From Chrysomallon squamiferum (Eukaryota > Animalia > Mollusca), in NCBI GenBank assembly GCA_012295275.1, contig CM022678.1:13578001-13642000 (forward strand): a DNA stretch of 64,000 bases. Direction: 5' to 3'. Position numbers and translations under genes: made by a program. Under the pieces are notes generated by a model. It saw only the letters and a list, made by a program, of their open reading frames with translations. It searched no databases and was not told where the DNA came from. How positions within the stretch are numbered: the first letter of the stretch is position 1; every line of letters begins with the position of its first letter. Of this stretch, positions 25,391 to 39,610 are shown piece after piece.

Positions 25391-28300
25391 CTCTGAAACT
25401 TTTCATGAAAATTCAGATGACAGATTTTGACATGAGCTTTAGCTTGGATATAAATAAATTGTTGTGTCAGAGAACTGTTCAGTCTATATGTCTAGTCCTT
25501 TAATTTACAAGATGTTTGTCAGAAATGTAAAGTATCCTTTGTGTTGAATTTTCTTTCTTTTAAATTACTTTGAAATGCCATAGTAACAAAAGGAAATAAT
25601 GAAATTATTCATACTATTATTAATTTTTTTTTGTTGTTGTTGTTTGACCTGGCTGGAACTTTTACAGGTTTTTTCATATATATATATATTTTATTTTTGT
25701 TTTTATTTAACTGATTAATGAATGCTGTTACTATTATGATATTAATTAATTAACTTCACACACATATATTCAAACCTGTAGATTAATTTTTTGTGTTTTG
25801 TCTTTGTTAGTTAAAAATATATTAGTATTTATCTTTTTTCTTAAATTTATTTTATTATTATTGTTGTTGTTGTTGTTGTTGTTGTTACTAATAGCAGTAG
25901 AAGTAGTATCAGCAGTAGTAATAGTAGTAGTAGTAGTACTAGTACAGGTATCTGTCAAGCCTGAGACTGGCGGTCACTTGAATTTGTGAGTTTTCAGTTT
26001 ATCAGAGCAAACAAAATTTATGTACAAAATAAACCATGAAAAGAAATAAAACCAAATTAAAAACATTTTCTGGTAATTCTGAGGCACAGAACTTTATTTA
26101 TTTTTATTAATTGTCTACTTCTTATTATTATTATAATTACTAGCAGTAGTAGAAGTAGTATTAACATGAACGTAATATTGGCATGAAATTTGATACAGTT
26201 TTAGTATTAACCAAATTTAATATTATGTTGAGAAACAAAACGTTCAACCTGCACAACGAAGAATGCAAGAAACTTTGTAAAAGACTTACAATGACCACTG
26301 CTGATTTCTGTATATGTGTTATAGATATAAAGTTTGTGTTGTTTCCATTCGTTACAATATTCCGTCCGTAATTGCATTCAAAAAGATTTTGAATTGCTTT
26401 TCATTCATTATAAGTGTATGTCAGCTTTACATTCATTATACAACTTTATATATATATATTTTTTAAACATCATTGAAACAACAACAATCTGTCTAGCTAT
26501 GACTGTTTATATAAATATGTATATATATATTTAAATAAGAAGAATAAAACATCTAGTAAGTAATATCATCATAGAGAATTTTAAAATCTGTTATCACTTC
26601 ATACAGAATTGTGATTTATCGTAATAATATTACTAACATTTTATCAATAAAATAATGACATTAATTATAAAAATAGTATATGTTCAGAATACTTTCATGT
26701 ACATTAAAGTTTATGGTTATTTATATATCTTTTTTTATACTCTTCCAGTATTTGAATTTTTCTTGTATTTTTAAGCAGTATTTTGTTTTGCATTGTATTT
26801 TCACTGTTTATGAAGAAATCAGTTTATATTAATACTAAAATGTTTCTGAGATGTCAGTTATGATAAATGAATTTTTGGGCCACATTAAATTTAAAATTTT
26901 ATCTGTTGTTGATGTGTGTTGTTTTTACGTGTTTTTTTTTTTTTTTTTTTTTTTTTTTTCGTTTTTTGTTGCTCTTTTTCTACCTTTTATTATTATTATT
27001 ATAATGTTTTTTTCATTGGTTTGATCAATATTCGATTTATTTATTAATAATTCATGATGGACAGACTTTTGAATTATAATTCATTGCAGGATTGATACTT
27101 GTTTGTTTTTCCCTAAGTTATATTGAAGCCTTCTGGTTTTATTGCATTATGTTTTTTGTTTTGTGTGGAAAACGTTTAATAGAACTTAAAATATATCTCT
27201 TTAATTAATTATTCAACTTAAAAAAAGGCATGAAACATCTTTATTTCAAACAATGTACTTTCCATATGAAGTTTATAAAGAAAATAAGGTAATTTAAATT
27301 AAAAACAGACCAAGAAAAAAATATACGTTTTTATTTTAACATCAAACTCGAAACACCATTTAAAAACACACTGTACACTTTAGTAGTCACTATAATAATA
27401 CGGAGGTAATTGTGAGTTCACCACAGCAGTTTAAAATAGTAAACACAAAAAACCAAAACTTGAAAAAGAATAATACTTGAGTATTCACAGAAACATCCAG
27501 TCTTTAAATATTGCCATGTTGAAAATAATTATATAAACACACCAGCAGTTTAAAATGATGTTTACACAGTAAGTTTTGATGTAATGTGAGACAGTCGTGT
27601 TAGTAAAGTCCTATGTGAGTCTGTGCGCGGCGTGCGTTCGTCTTTGTTTTACTTTTTCTTTTTTCTTGTAAACTTCGTTGTAGGCACAAAAATTAACAAA
27701 CAAACAAACAAAGTACCTTTATGTCTGCGTGTGTATATGTATGTGTTATCTGTGTGTGTGTGTGTGTGTATATGTATGTGTTATCTGTGTGTGTGTGTGT
27801 GTGTGTGTATATGTATGTGTTATCTGTGTGTGTGTGTGTATATGTATCGTTTAAACCTAAGCGATTCATAGTAAAAACTTCACCTGAATTTTTGGTAAAT
27901 AAATAATTTACGTATCGTCTAAACCCAATAGAAAATCACATACATCTCATACATTTTCTTAAATAACAATTTGTAATACATAAAATAAACAGTATGAATA
28001 ATTTCGAAGAGGTGTCAGTGATAGTCTAAATATTTAGGAAAGAGACAATATAAACTGATTTAGAAAACAATTTAGATAAGATTACTGTTAGGAATTTGTA
28101 AATTTATTTTATTTATATATTTCTTTAATACATAATAATCGAATAATTAAACTATGTATTACTAGGACTGCTGTTTAATAAATCAAAAAATAATCTCAAG
28201 AAACGTGGTTTGCTCTTGTGGGCAAAAATGCTACCATCTTAATATTATTTGATTTAAACAAGCATTCACGGTATACTACTGTGTTAACAAGATTTTAAAT

Positions 28301-29765
28301 TGGATACGCATTTTCCTGAGGTCTAGTTAAAGAAATACCTCTCAGTCGTACATACACGCACACACACCAATACACGGGCATACATCAATATAATTTTCAA
28401 TAAAAATACAACTTCAACAAACATTACAAAAACCAGAAGTAATATTTCTATCACAGAAACTCAGTGTGTGTGTGTGTGTGTGTAAATTTATATAACTGAC
28501 AAGTTCAATGAATATACACATACAGTTGTTTTATATAACTAAACTCTTATTAAATTAATACTGTTGTCTGAATTATAATTTATTCATCTTTCGTCCAACA
28601 GTAACTTAACACCTTTAATAATTAATTTCACATTATTCTGAACACAAACAGACGTTATATAATATAACAGTATGTTACAGGTGTTTCGTTGGCAACATAA
28701 CCGAACAGATAAATAAATAAATAAAGGAATCATACCTAAACACACACACAAACAAGCACGCACGCACGCACCCACACAAACACGCACACGCATTCTGTCT
28801 ATCGCTTCCTGTAAAATCAGTCATTAATCGATTGATTAATCGAATACGTTTACATTTGAACTACAGCATCCAAATAATAACAATAGCTAAACGCAAAGTA
28901 ACATATGAACTGCAATAAATAAATATATAAATAAATAAATCAAAATAAAACTTCAAACTCGCCTGTGTTACGTCAGTATAGTTAGGTATATAATATTACA
29001 GATGAATTTAATAAATCATATTGCTAGTATATAAAATCATACAGAGGCACTTCTTTAATAATAAATTAATATTTCCTTTTAACTATTTAATTTGCATCTG
29101 TGTGTGTGTCAAACGTATAATAGGAATGCATATCATATCTAAAATTTGATTGAAATTTGCAATATATTACATATTAATATGAATTACATTTTCTGTATCA
29201 GATATATATAAAATTATGAGATTTATCCTGCGAAGTTAGGAATTGACCAGTTCAGAGAGGCTTGACCAGAGCAGAATAAACAACATGTTGATTGCCTATC
29301 CAGCAATCAACATAATATAAAAACTAAATCCAATTAATTGTTTTATTCCTCAACTCATTTCTTGAACGTAGTATATTTCACTCGAACTGGTTTCGATGTC
29401 GCTGGACATCAAAACATATACATAAATATGTAAACCGTTTTCAGAATAGTAATTAAAGATGTAAACCAGTAAGTACTAAATATTTGATTTATAATTATAT
29501 ATAATATTTATTATATCAAAATCTTAGTTAAATTAAAAGCCGCATTGTCAGAAACAAAACAAAAATGTATATTTCTAATGATAAATATTTGATATCACAT
29601 AGAAAACATTTTTTTAAAACCTAATGCATATCAAAATATTTGTTGTTTGATTAATTAGTTAATATTTACAAAGATACATAAATAATAATTATGAAAAACT
29701 AATTAAATCTGTGTAGTCAATCTGAGATTGCCAATACATATATAAACATCAATACAAAATGTTTT

Positions 29766-30860
29766 TTATGAATTGAATTCATAATTACTGGGGTTAGATA
29801 TCACGTGATCATATGACGGTGGAGGTGATATATAGGTTATCTGAGTGGTGACATCACTTTCTAATTCACTGATCTGTGTCTGAGAATAAGATGGCGGCTC
29901 AACATTTGACTGATCTCGTATTACGCAGGCCTCGTAAGGTGGCGGGTCTGCCGTAAAGTCTCTCGGGTAGGGTGGGGGAGTAAAAGATAATTCAGAATCG
30001 TCAAAAGCCTCGTTTTCGAACGTCCCCACACCATACAGTGTATTTCGATCTGGTATTGCACCATTGGTAGGCAGCGTGGAGACTTCCGGCGTAACACGAA
30101 CGGGTTCCTGTTGAGTTCTTCTGAAACGGGAAACCAGTGGACGAATCAGTCTGGCCAGATGATTGCGGTTGTCGCTGGCGTAGTTCGTACAGCATGCGCT
30201 AAGTTTCGAACATCGATCGCACAGTTTATCACGAAATACACCTCGACTATGTTTTTTCTTGAAAAACTCCCAGAACGCGCAAACAAGTATGATAGAAATA
30301 ACAACTCCAATTAACTGTCCAATCCATTTAAATTGAAATGGTGATGTTTTACAGCTCTCCGATTTTTTAACGCCTTTAATAAAATAATAATAGATAAATG
30401 AAAATGAATGAATAAATAAACAAACACACAAACAAATAAATATACATATATCAGTACAGATTTGCTATTCGCCTTTTTATTATGATTTACTCGCTATAAA
30501 TTAATTAATAAATAAAAAATGTATGTTATATTGAATGTTCCAAACAGTTTTTCATAGAATAAATAAATAATGAATGAAAATAAATACACATCCGCAATCA
30601 TCTAGTTAACTAATTAAATGACATTGACTACTATATAAATGAATGAATAAATAAATGATCAATACAGTCATCTAGGTAACTATACTTACTCCTGTATTTT
30701 ATCTTGAAACCTTTACCTTCTCGTAACGCGTCAGATTTAAAAATAATCAACATGGTTGTGTTTGAGCTGGAAAAACAGCGTCCGTCTGCGATACATAGAC
30801 GTTTGATGAAAGTCGAGTTTATGTCTGAACCTGTTATATTGATAATAAACTGTCAGAAGT

Positions 30861-30935
<75 letters not shown>

Positions 30936-32859
30936 CTTATAAATTTACAAACAGAAATATATGTATATTTACAGTCTATTCTGTTATTTTCATATTTGTT
31001 ATTATTATTACTGCTGTTGTTGTTGCTGTCGTTGTTGTTAAACAAAACTTGCCATCGTAAAATTCCAAATAGTCACGTGGGCAATGTATTGGTTGTGATT
31101 CCAGCTGCATGACTTCAGCTATGATGTCGATGACGTCGGTGTCGTACAGAGCTTGTACCATAAATATATCATTTGTATTGCTGAAATAATTAATAATGAA
31201 TAATTACTTAAATTTAAAACAAAAAATCTTGTTAACTTTATATAACAACAATACATAGATATGTGTGTGTGTGTATGTGTGTGTTTATATATGTGTATGT
31301 ATGTATGTACGTGTGTGTGTGTATATATGTGTGTATGTGTGTGTGTTTATATATGTGTATGTATGTATGTATGTATGTGTGTGTGTGTGTGTGTTAATTT
31401 GTATATATATATATAAACAGATTTATATTAAAAACATACTGTGTATTCCAAATTAAAATTAATTTTACCTTCTGTATCTGAAAGGGTAACCCACTGAAGT
31501 CAGATATCCCCATTCCCTGTCAGCAGTTACACGAAGTAGATTCTCCATGCAAAACACTAAAACAAATAAATCAATTTAACTTGCAAAACTATAAAAATAA
31601 TCAGCGGATGCTAGTGCGCGTGACATCGTGAACACTTATTTGCATTATGATCTAGTTTGATTTTATGATGTCATTTTATTTTCACTGACTAAATCATATA
31701 CTTATTATTTTTTAATTGCATTTTGTTAAAGGTAATTTCATTTTACTGAATATAGTGTATTTTAATTATGAATGTAATATGATTTTCACATTGTTCTTTG
31801 TATTTGAAATATGACGTAATTTTATTTTCACTGATTAATCGATATACTTAGTATTTCGATTTTGACTAATAAAACTTATACTTATTATGGCGTAGAGTGA
31901 TTTTCAATCCTACTGTGTATTTTAATTATCAACTTTTTAATTTTCATTAAGTATATTGTATTTTAATTATCAACTTTTTAATTTTCATTAAGTATATTGT
32001 ATTTTAATTATCAACTTTTTAATTTTCATTAAGTATATTGTATTTTAATTAAGACCAAATTTTATTTTCGCCGACTACACTGATATGATATTCATCGACT
32101 ACATCATTGACGTAATTATGACGTGTTGATTTCAGTGACTACGTGTATTCCAAAGTGAAATAATTTAGTTTCACTGACATTTTGTAATTAAGAATACGTA
32201 ATTTGATTTTAATAATATCGTCCAAAGCTGAGGTAATGCGAATATGTAGAAATAATCTTTATTTTAAAATAATGTAATTTAATTTTCTCATAATACATCG
32301 GTGTGTTCTTTCTTTTTACTTGTTTCAATTTTTTTAACTGTGATTTTCACGATAAATGTTCTGCTCATTTATTTATTCATTTATTTATTTATATTTATTC
32401 TTTCATAGGAAAGATACTTCTCACTCTTTCCAATGATATTTTCTCTTTTTTAGTTATCATAAATATTTTATAGCCTACTGATTAATTTAAAACACAAAAA
32501 TCAGTATCGTTTCTTTGTAAACAATAAATGTGATTAATATTAATAAATATTAGATCAATTAATGACTATAACTGCTATGGTATCATAGTGTACAGTGGTT
32601 ACTGTTGCAATAAGCAGCTAGTTGCAAAATGTAACCACAACCAATAAACATAACATTGTTCAGTTCTTATGTTTAGTAATCACAACTGAAGGTGTTAACT
32701 GTTCCTTGACTTACACATACACAGACAGAGTGAGACGTGATATTAAACACAGTCACATCGCTTCCAGTTATAATGTTACAAAAGTGCATAATATAATCTT
32801 TTTAACTAGATTCTAACAAAAGCATTAACGATAAAATAAATAAATAAATAATCGTAATT

Positions 32860-32935
<76 letters not shown>

Positions 32936-33643
32936 TTAAAAAGATTAATTATTCAATCTGATTTAGTAAAAAAATTATTTGCTAACAGAAAGTAAAAATA
33001 AAAATAACACGTAAAACGCACATTTAAATCTTTTAAACTTTGAAATTAAATACAATAATAAATGAAAATGAAAATATATGTATCACAGATTTTGAAAAAT
33101 AATTAAAATATGCTTGTATAACTGTGTGTGTATGTAAGTGTGTGAATGTTTCTTTTTATATATACATTTTTTATATTTATTTTGTTAATTTAAAAAAATA
33201 AAATAAAATAAATAAATAAAAGATACAGTCACATACTCATATACACAGTTACATAAGCATGCAGACACATACACAAACAAATACACACACATACATACAC
33301 AAACACTCGATTCGACATTCCATTAATACAACATACTGGATAAAAGTATTTACGATAATCTGACGGTTTCGAGTAATCACCGACATCTGAGTGTACCTGT
33401 TTGAAAAATTCAATATACAGCTTATCTTACAAACGTCATTTTTAACCAGTGTACCACAATGGTAATGAATTACCATTAACGTATGATGTAACTTTAAACT
33501 GAAGACATTATGTTACAATTATTTATACTATGTTAATAATCATACTGATTTTTACCTTGAGTCATTAACAGAACGAGTGACGTCAGAAGGAACAAGATCC
33601 ATCTCCGGCCATGTTTTTTCTCCTGAGTAAATTGCATCGCCAT
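29766..33643 (-). CDS. Single-CUB-domain type I membrane protein with four cytoplasmic PPxY motifs (paralogue A), ~350 aa
   Basis: Exons 33643-33556 (MAMQFTQEKKHGRRWILFLLTSLVLLMTQ, signal-like), 31556-31469 (WGYLTSVGYPFRY), 31180-31053 (HCPRDYLEFYDG; GC donor), 30830-30690 (KRLC..SSSNTTMLIIFKSD..GKGFKIKY), 30373-29766 (TM LIGVVISIILVCAFW; PPPY, PPPY, PPSY, PPSY). Phases are consistent and CUB hallmarks are present. Confidence 0.85.
31916..32050. repeat. 41-bp tandem repeat x3 in CUB paralogue A intron 1
   Basis: Unit tgtattttaattatcaactttttaattttcattaagtatat. Confidence 0.85.
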
Positions 33644-34143
33644 TTGTGATCGGCGCTCATGTCCTTAAAGAACAAATGTTAGCCACGAATCAACGTAAAA
33701 TAAAATAACGAAACAATTAACAATGAACTCGAAAGCGACGAAGCAACGATTATTATTTGTGGTTTGTTACGATAATCAATACGTACTCGTCACACACGAC
33801 AGCTTTTCAACAACGGCTGCGACACAAACAGTCGCGATAAAGCCGTATTGATTTATATGATATACACGCTATGTACAACTGACATAATAAACCTAAAAAA
33901 AAAAAAAAAAAAAAGAGAGAAACAATATAACTCTTTATTGTTGAAGTAGTATCCACGGTTACAAAACAATACTCTGTTATCTCCCTTGATAGAAACAAGG
34001 CAACTGTACAGAACATTTCAGTTTTATTATTCGTAATTTATATATATATATATATATAGTATTATCTTTCTTTTTCTTAAGACATTTATATCGACATATC
34101 AGAATGTAAAACAAAACGTAAAATATGAAATGTATGGTCAATA

Positions 34144-34206
<63 letters not shown>

Positions 34207-34531
34207 ATGTGTATGAAGTCTGTGTAAAGCTGTAAATGAGTGTGAGTGAGTGCGTGTGGCGGACTTTTGTGTATGCCATAGATAGCTTATAGCTTATTGC
34301 AAATGTAATAATTATGTTTTATAATTTTATTATTAATATTGTATTTGTGTATGTTTTTAATGTTTTTAAATATTTGTTATTATTACTACATTCTTTTTTG
34401 ACACATATTAAATAAGAATTTCGAGCTATTTTTAGTTTCAGCCAATATTCCAATATTTACCGATTTAATTCCACATAAAGAGTTTTGTTCATACTTTCTA
34501 ATATCTGGATCATAATTATTAACAAAATCAA

Positions 34532-34579
<48 letters not shown>

Positions 34580-35162
34580 ATAGATAAATAGATAAATAGA
34601 TTATAGATATAGATATAGAAAAGAGTAAAATAGTAATGATTTATGAGGATGATTATGATGACGATGACGATGATATTAGTAATAATAAATACAGGCAAAC
34701 AGAGAGACAAATAGAGAGATAAATAAAAGAAACAATAGAAGTGTGTTTAAAATTTTATTGTATATAAATAACAATATTTATAGTTAAGGATACACACTGT
34801 AAAAATCGTTTTTTTTGTTGTTGGTTGTTTTTTTGTTGTTTTTTTGTCGAGCGTATCCTATACCAACACACAAACACACACACACTCACACAAACACCCA
34901 CTCATGCACAATCACAACGCATGAAAACGCCTATCTACATAGAGATAAGATTCGTAAAGATAACTACAACAGCAGAACAACTATAATAAATAAAGTATAA
35001 GAAAAGAGACGAAAACGAAAACAGTGTTAGTGTTGATCTTGACATAAAATGACGTTCGTATGTCGGTGATGGAGAAGGTAAGACATGAACGATCTCAGCT
35101 CCACAAGCGGAATAAGGAAGAGGATTTTCTAGGGTATATGATACTGAAGAGACAGCCGACCC

Positions 35163-35301
35163 CACGTGACATAAGATGGCGGCGTTTCAAGTACTTCTGG
35201 TGTATTCTTTAACATTCCTCCGGTGTTTGTAACTGACTCACTTGCATTTGCAGGACGGGATTCATCTGAATTGATTTAAATTCCAGTTATTAAAAGTAAG
35301 T
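35163..35301 (+). promoter_or_regulatory. Promoter/first-exon-like element (E-box, YY1-type initiator, splice donor)
   Basis: CACGTGAC at 35163-35170, AAGATGGCGGCG at 35173-35184, TGACTCA at 35234, donor-like AA|GTAAGT at 35296. The ORF is only 18 aa (MAAFQVLLVYSLTFLRCL*). Motif evidence only. Confidence 0.35.
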
Positions 35302-35796
35302 TGTCAGTTTATATGTTGAGAGGATGCCGTCGAGATGTGGTTGTTAAAATTAGAACTTAATGTTGCAGTATTAACATTTGCATCGTTTTGATTTGCTGAG
35401 TGCTCACTCATAACTGAACCGCTTATCTAATGATACCAGTCCACTGATTCTTATAAGCACAAAGACAGAAAACTACTTCTCGAATTTTCTTTTGAAAAAA
35501 ATTGACTATGTCGTGCGAAAAAAGTACATCAGTTTGATAAAACCAGCCAGAGGCCGTATGATTATTTTATGGCTGTAATTGTAATAGTAATAACAAATAT
35601 AAAAACAATAGTAATAACAACTTAATAGTAAAAACAAAACAACAACAACAACAGTAATAATAATCATAATAATAATAAGATGATGATGATGATGATGAAC
35701 TGCAAGATAAGAAAAAGAAAATTACATACATGCATGCACACATATATAAACATACACACAAATAGACACACACATAGGACACGTACATTCGCACAG

Positions 35797-35827
<31 letters not shown>

Positions 35828-36438
35828 CATACATACATACATACATACATACATACATACATACATACATACATACATACATACATACACAGAAACCTAG
35901 ACAAGCATACATACGCACACGTACCTACACACATTGTTACACACACATACAGACAACAAGGCGGACAAACACAAACATTAATGTAAGTAGTGTAGTATTT
36001 ACAATAGACCTATTGTTTACCTGTACAGTACTCAGATCAATAACACCATACGTTTTGTGCGGGATTATTAGCCATACAGCTATGTGACAACGCGACTACG
36101 TACTCACTGAGTATAATCATCTATCATTAGTAGCACATATTACGTAATTTGTTTTTAATTAATAAAACATTAAACAGAGGTGTGCGAAACATTAATAATA
36201 TTTAATCGATTTCGATGACTTAGAAGTGAATTAATATAAAGAAAAAAGATATTTTGAATTACTTTCGACACAAAAAAACCCACACATATTACAACTTTAA
36301 TAAACTGAAAAGATTTCTAAAAATTATCTGTCAACAGAGATATATCATCATAAACTAGATTCCCTTTAATATATTAGATCATGTGTTTTTGTGAATTTTC
36401 TATTTTATCTTATGGTATCTATTATATCTAGTAATACT

Positions 36439-36533
<95 letters not shown>

Positions 36534-36638
36534 GACAGACAGAGATACAGATATATAGAGAGATACAGAGATGTACATAGATAGATAGATAGATATTTAA
36601 ACACACAAACAGTTGATTGTGTGTATGTGTGTGTGTGT

Positions 36639-36699
<61 letters not shown>

Positions 36700-36950
36700 T
36701 GTGTCTGCTCATGTGGCTTTCTAACAAAATGTCTGTTTGTATACATATGAATTTACGTTTGTCTGTCTGTCTGTCGTATTATGTGTGTAGTATGATGTAT
36801 ATGTGTGTACATGTGTTTGTCTGAGGCTGGTTTTACCAACCTTGATATCTGTTTGCCTTACAGCTTCTCCTTTGTTTATTTATTTCTCTATTTATTCTTC
36901 TGTTGGAACACCTTTAGAGGTTTTTAAATTGATTTTATATGTATAGAAAC

Positions 36951-36983
<33 letters not shown>

Positions 36984-37520
36984 GTTCTATTGTTATGTGA
37001 TCTGTGATATTAATTTAATCTTTTACTATTAGTGCCAGTGTTAAGTATATTATTTACCAGATCATGTAACTTATTCTCTTTTATTTAATTCTTGTCTCTA
37101 ATTAAAGGGAAATATGAAAAATATATGCAGAGAGTCACAGACAGACACATCATACGGAGAGAGAGAGAGGGGAAATGAGACGTGAAAGATATATAGAGAG
37201 AGGGAAGGAGATAGAAAGGAAGGAAGAAAAAGACGACATAGAAAATATGTCAAAGATTATTAATATATGATTTTCTCTAAACTCACATTCAGATAGAAAT
37301 GCAAACTCCTCGTCATATATTATTTTTAAAATAAAAATAAACAAAAAGGTTAACCTCCAAAATTTTATTCCAGTCTTATTTTTAATAAACAAGAAACTTC
37401 GGCTGTAAGTAAGTTTTTTAAACATTTTCGTATTATTATTTTTTTAATATATATCTAATTATACACTGCAGAATTATGCTATTTACAGTGTTTTAATTAT
37501 GTTTAGATAAATGTCGAGCT

Positions 37521-38174
37521 TTAATGATGAGAAGTGTACATGTTTGGATTCGCCATCACGTCTTCATACGTCGGTGGCGCTGTTGTCGGTGTCGCTGAAG
37601 TCGTTGATGAACTAGGTGGGTATGAAGGTGAGTAATTTCCTACAGAAGAAGTAGACATATTCCATTTTTCATGTAACGAAACACTTTTGTAAAATTTTAC
37701 TACAGATGATTTTACTCTATTTTCTGTATTAACCGTAGGACGAACTACGCTTTCGGAGCTAACAGATCGTGCTTCGCTTTCGGCTGTGGCAGCTTCGGTC
37801 TCGCTTTCAATCGTAGACTGCTTTCTGATATCTCGACCGCAGTCTCTACTAATTTCAGATGATTCGGATGAAATATCAGTCGATTGTGGCGGCGTGTTCA
37901 AACAGGGAAAAACACCAAAAATCGTTGTACTTAAAAGAGGGAACGTACTAATAAACCAAACACAAAACGCATCTCTGTTTTCTTTTATACGGAATCGATA
38001 CCAAAGAAAGAAAACTAGAGCCGCAGCAGTGAAAAGAAACCCTATTAGAGGTAATATCCAAACACCCGATTCGGTATTGCATGCTTTGTCAGCGTTAACA
38101 CCTGTCAAAATAAAATAAAATAAAATAAAATAAAATAAAATAATCAATTTAGAAGCATAATAAATAAATAATTC

Positions 38175-38207
<33 letters not shown>

Positions 38208-38247
38208 TATTATTATTATTATTATTATAATAATTATGATGATGACT

Positions 38248-38279
<32 letters not shown>

Positions 38280-39547
38280 CATGTACATAAAAACAGGCAC
38301 ACACCCACAAACACATACTTATCCCAAACACATACATACACACACACACACTAGCACATACCCATTCTAATTTCCTAGTCCATACTTACGACGATAATCT
38401 ATTTTAAAACCAGTTCCTTCTACAGAGTTATCTGTCTTGAACAGAACGAATATGGCGTTTTTAGAACTGGAAAAACAGGTATCACTTGCAAAACACATTC
38501 GTTTAAGCAGTTTATGTGCAACATTTGATCCTGAAACAGAAAGATGTTTTGAATTTAAGTGACTGCTATATTGTTTTTATCTATTTATTTTATTTTACTA
38601 CTTCTTGTACATTTATACATATATGCTGTATGTGTGTTTATGTTTGTATGTTTATATTATGTGTCTATGTCTTGTGTCGAGCTCGCATCGGTCATATGTA
38701 TTTGACCCAATCATTTACCATGAAGAAAGATCATTCACCTCAGTGTGAACACTGTTACTTTATTCTGACAGATCGCAACATTTTCACTGAGTGCCATTAT
38801 CAGATCAGGAAAGCTATATTTGGTCTAATAAATGTGATAGAATTCACAGAATTCTACGAAAAAATTTAATTCAATTAAACGGTGATACGGTTATTTTCGC
38901 AGTGTGTTTTAATTAATTTTTGATTTTTATATATAAAGTAATCACAATTTTGTTTACCTCTGGTTTCACACCCAGTGTTATTCATGCATTCGTGCATTCA
39001 GTATGTATGTATGTACGTATGTATGTATAAAATTTATTTAGATGTGTATAATTAAACAAAATTACCATCGTGGAATTCTACATAGTCGTAGCTACAGTTT
39101 GTTTGTCGTTCATCAAGATTCATTTCTTTGACAATGACATCAATGACGTCATCAGTGTCATTTGTTTCTATATTCCAGGTCTCAGTCGAATCGCTGAAAT
39201 ATGGAGCAATAAATGTCATCGTAAACAGAGAAGGAATTAGCAATAATAAACAAATAAATAACCAAACAAACAAAAAAACAAACAAACAATAAATCAATAA
39301 ATAAATAAATAAATAAATGAAGAAATGAACAAAGAAATGTACATAGAAAGATAGATAGATAGACAAATTGATAAACAAACATGATTATGTTGATTATAAT
39401 GGTTGTGATGATGATGATGATGATGAGATGAGGCAGTACCTGTTGTATCTGGCTGGATAATTGGCGGATGTAAAACTTTTCCAGTCTGCTGCAGGCGTCA
39501 GCTTCTTAGTCACAGCACTACTGAGCAAAACATCTTTTGATTATGAA

Positions 39548-39610
<63 letters not shown>

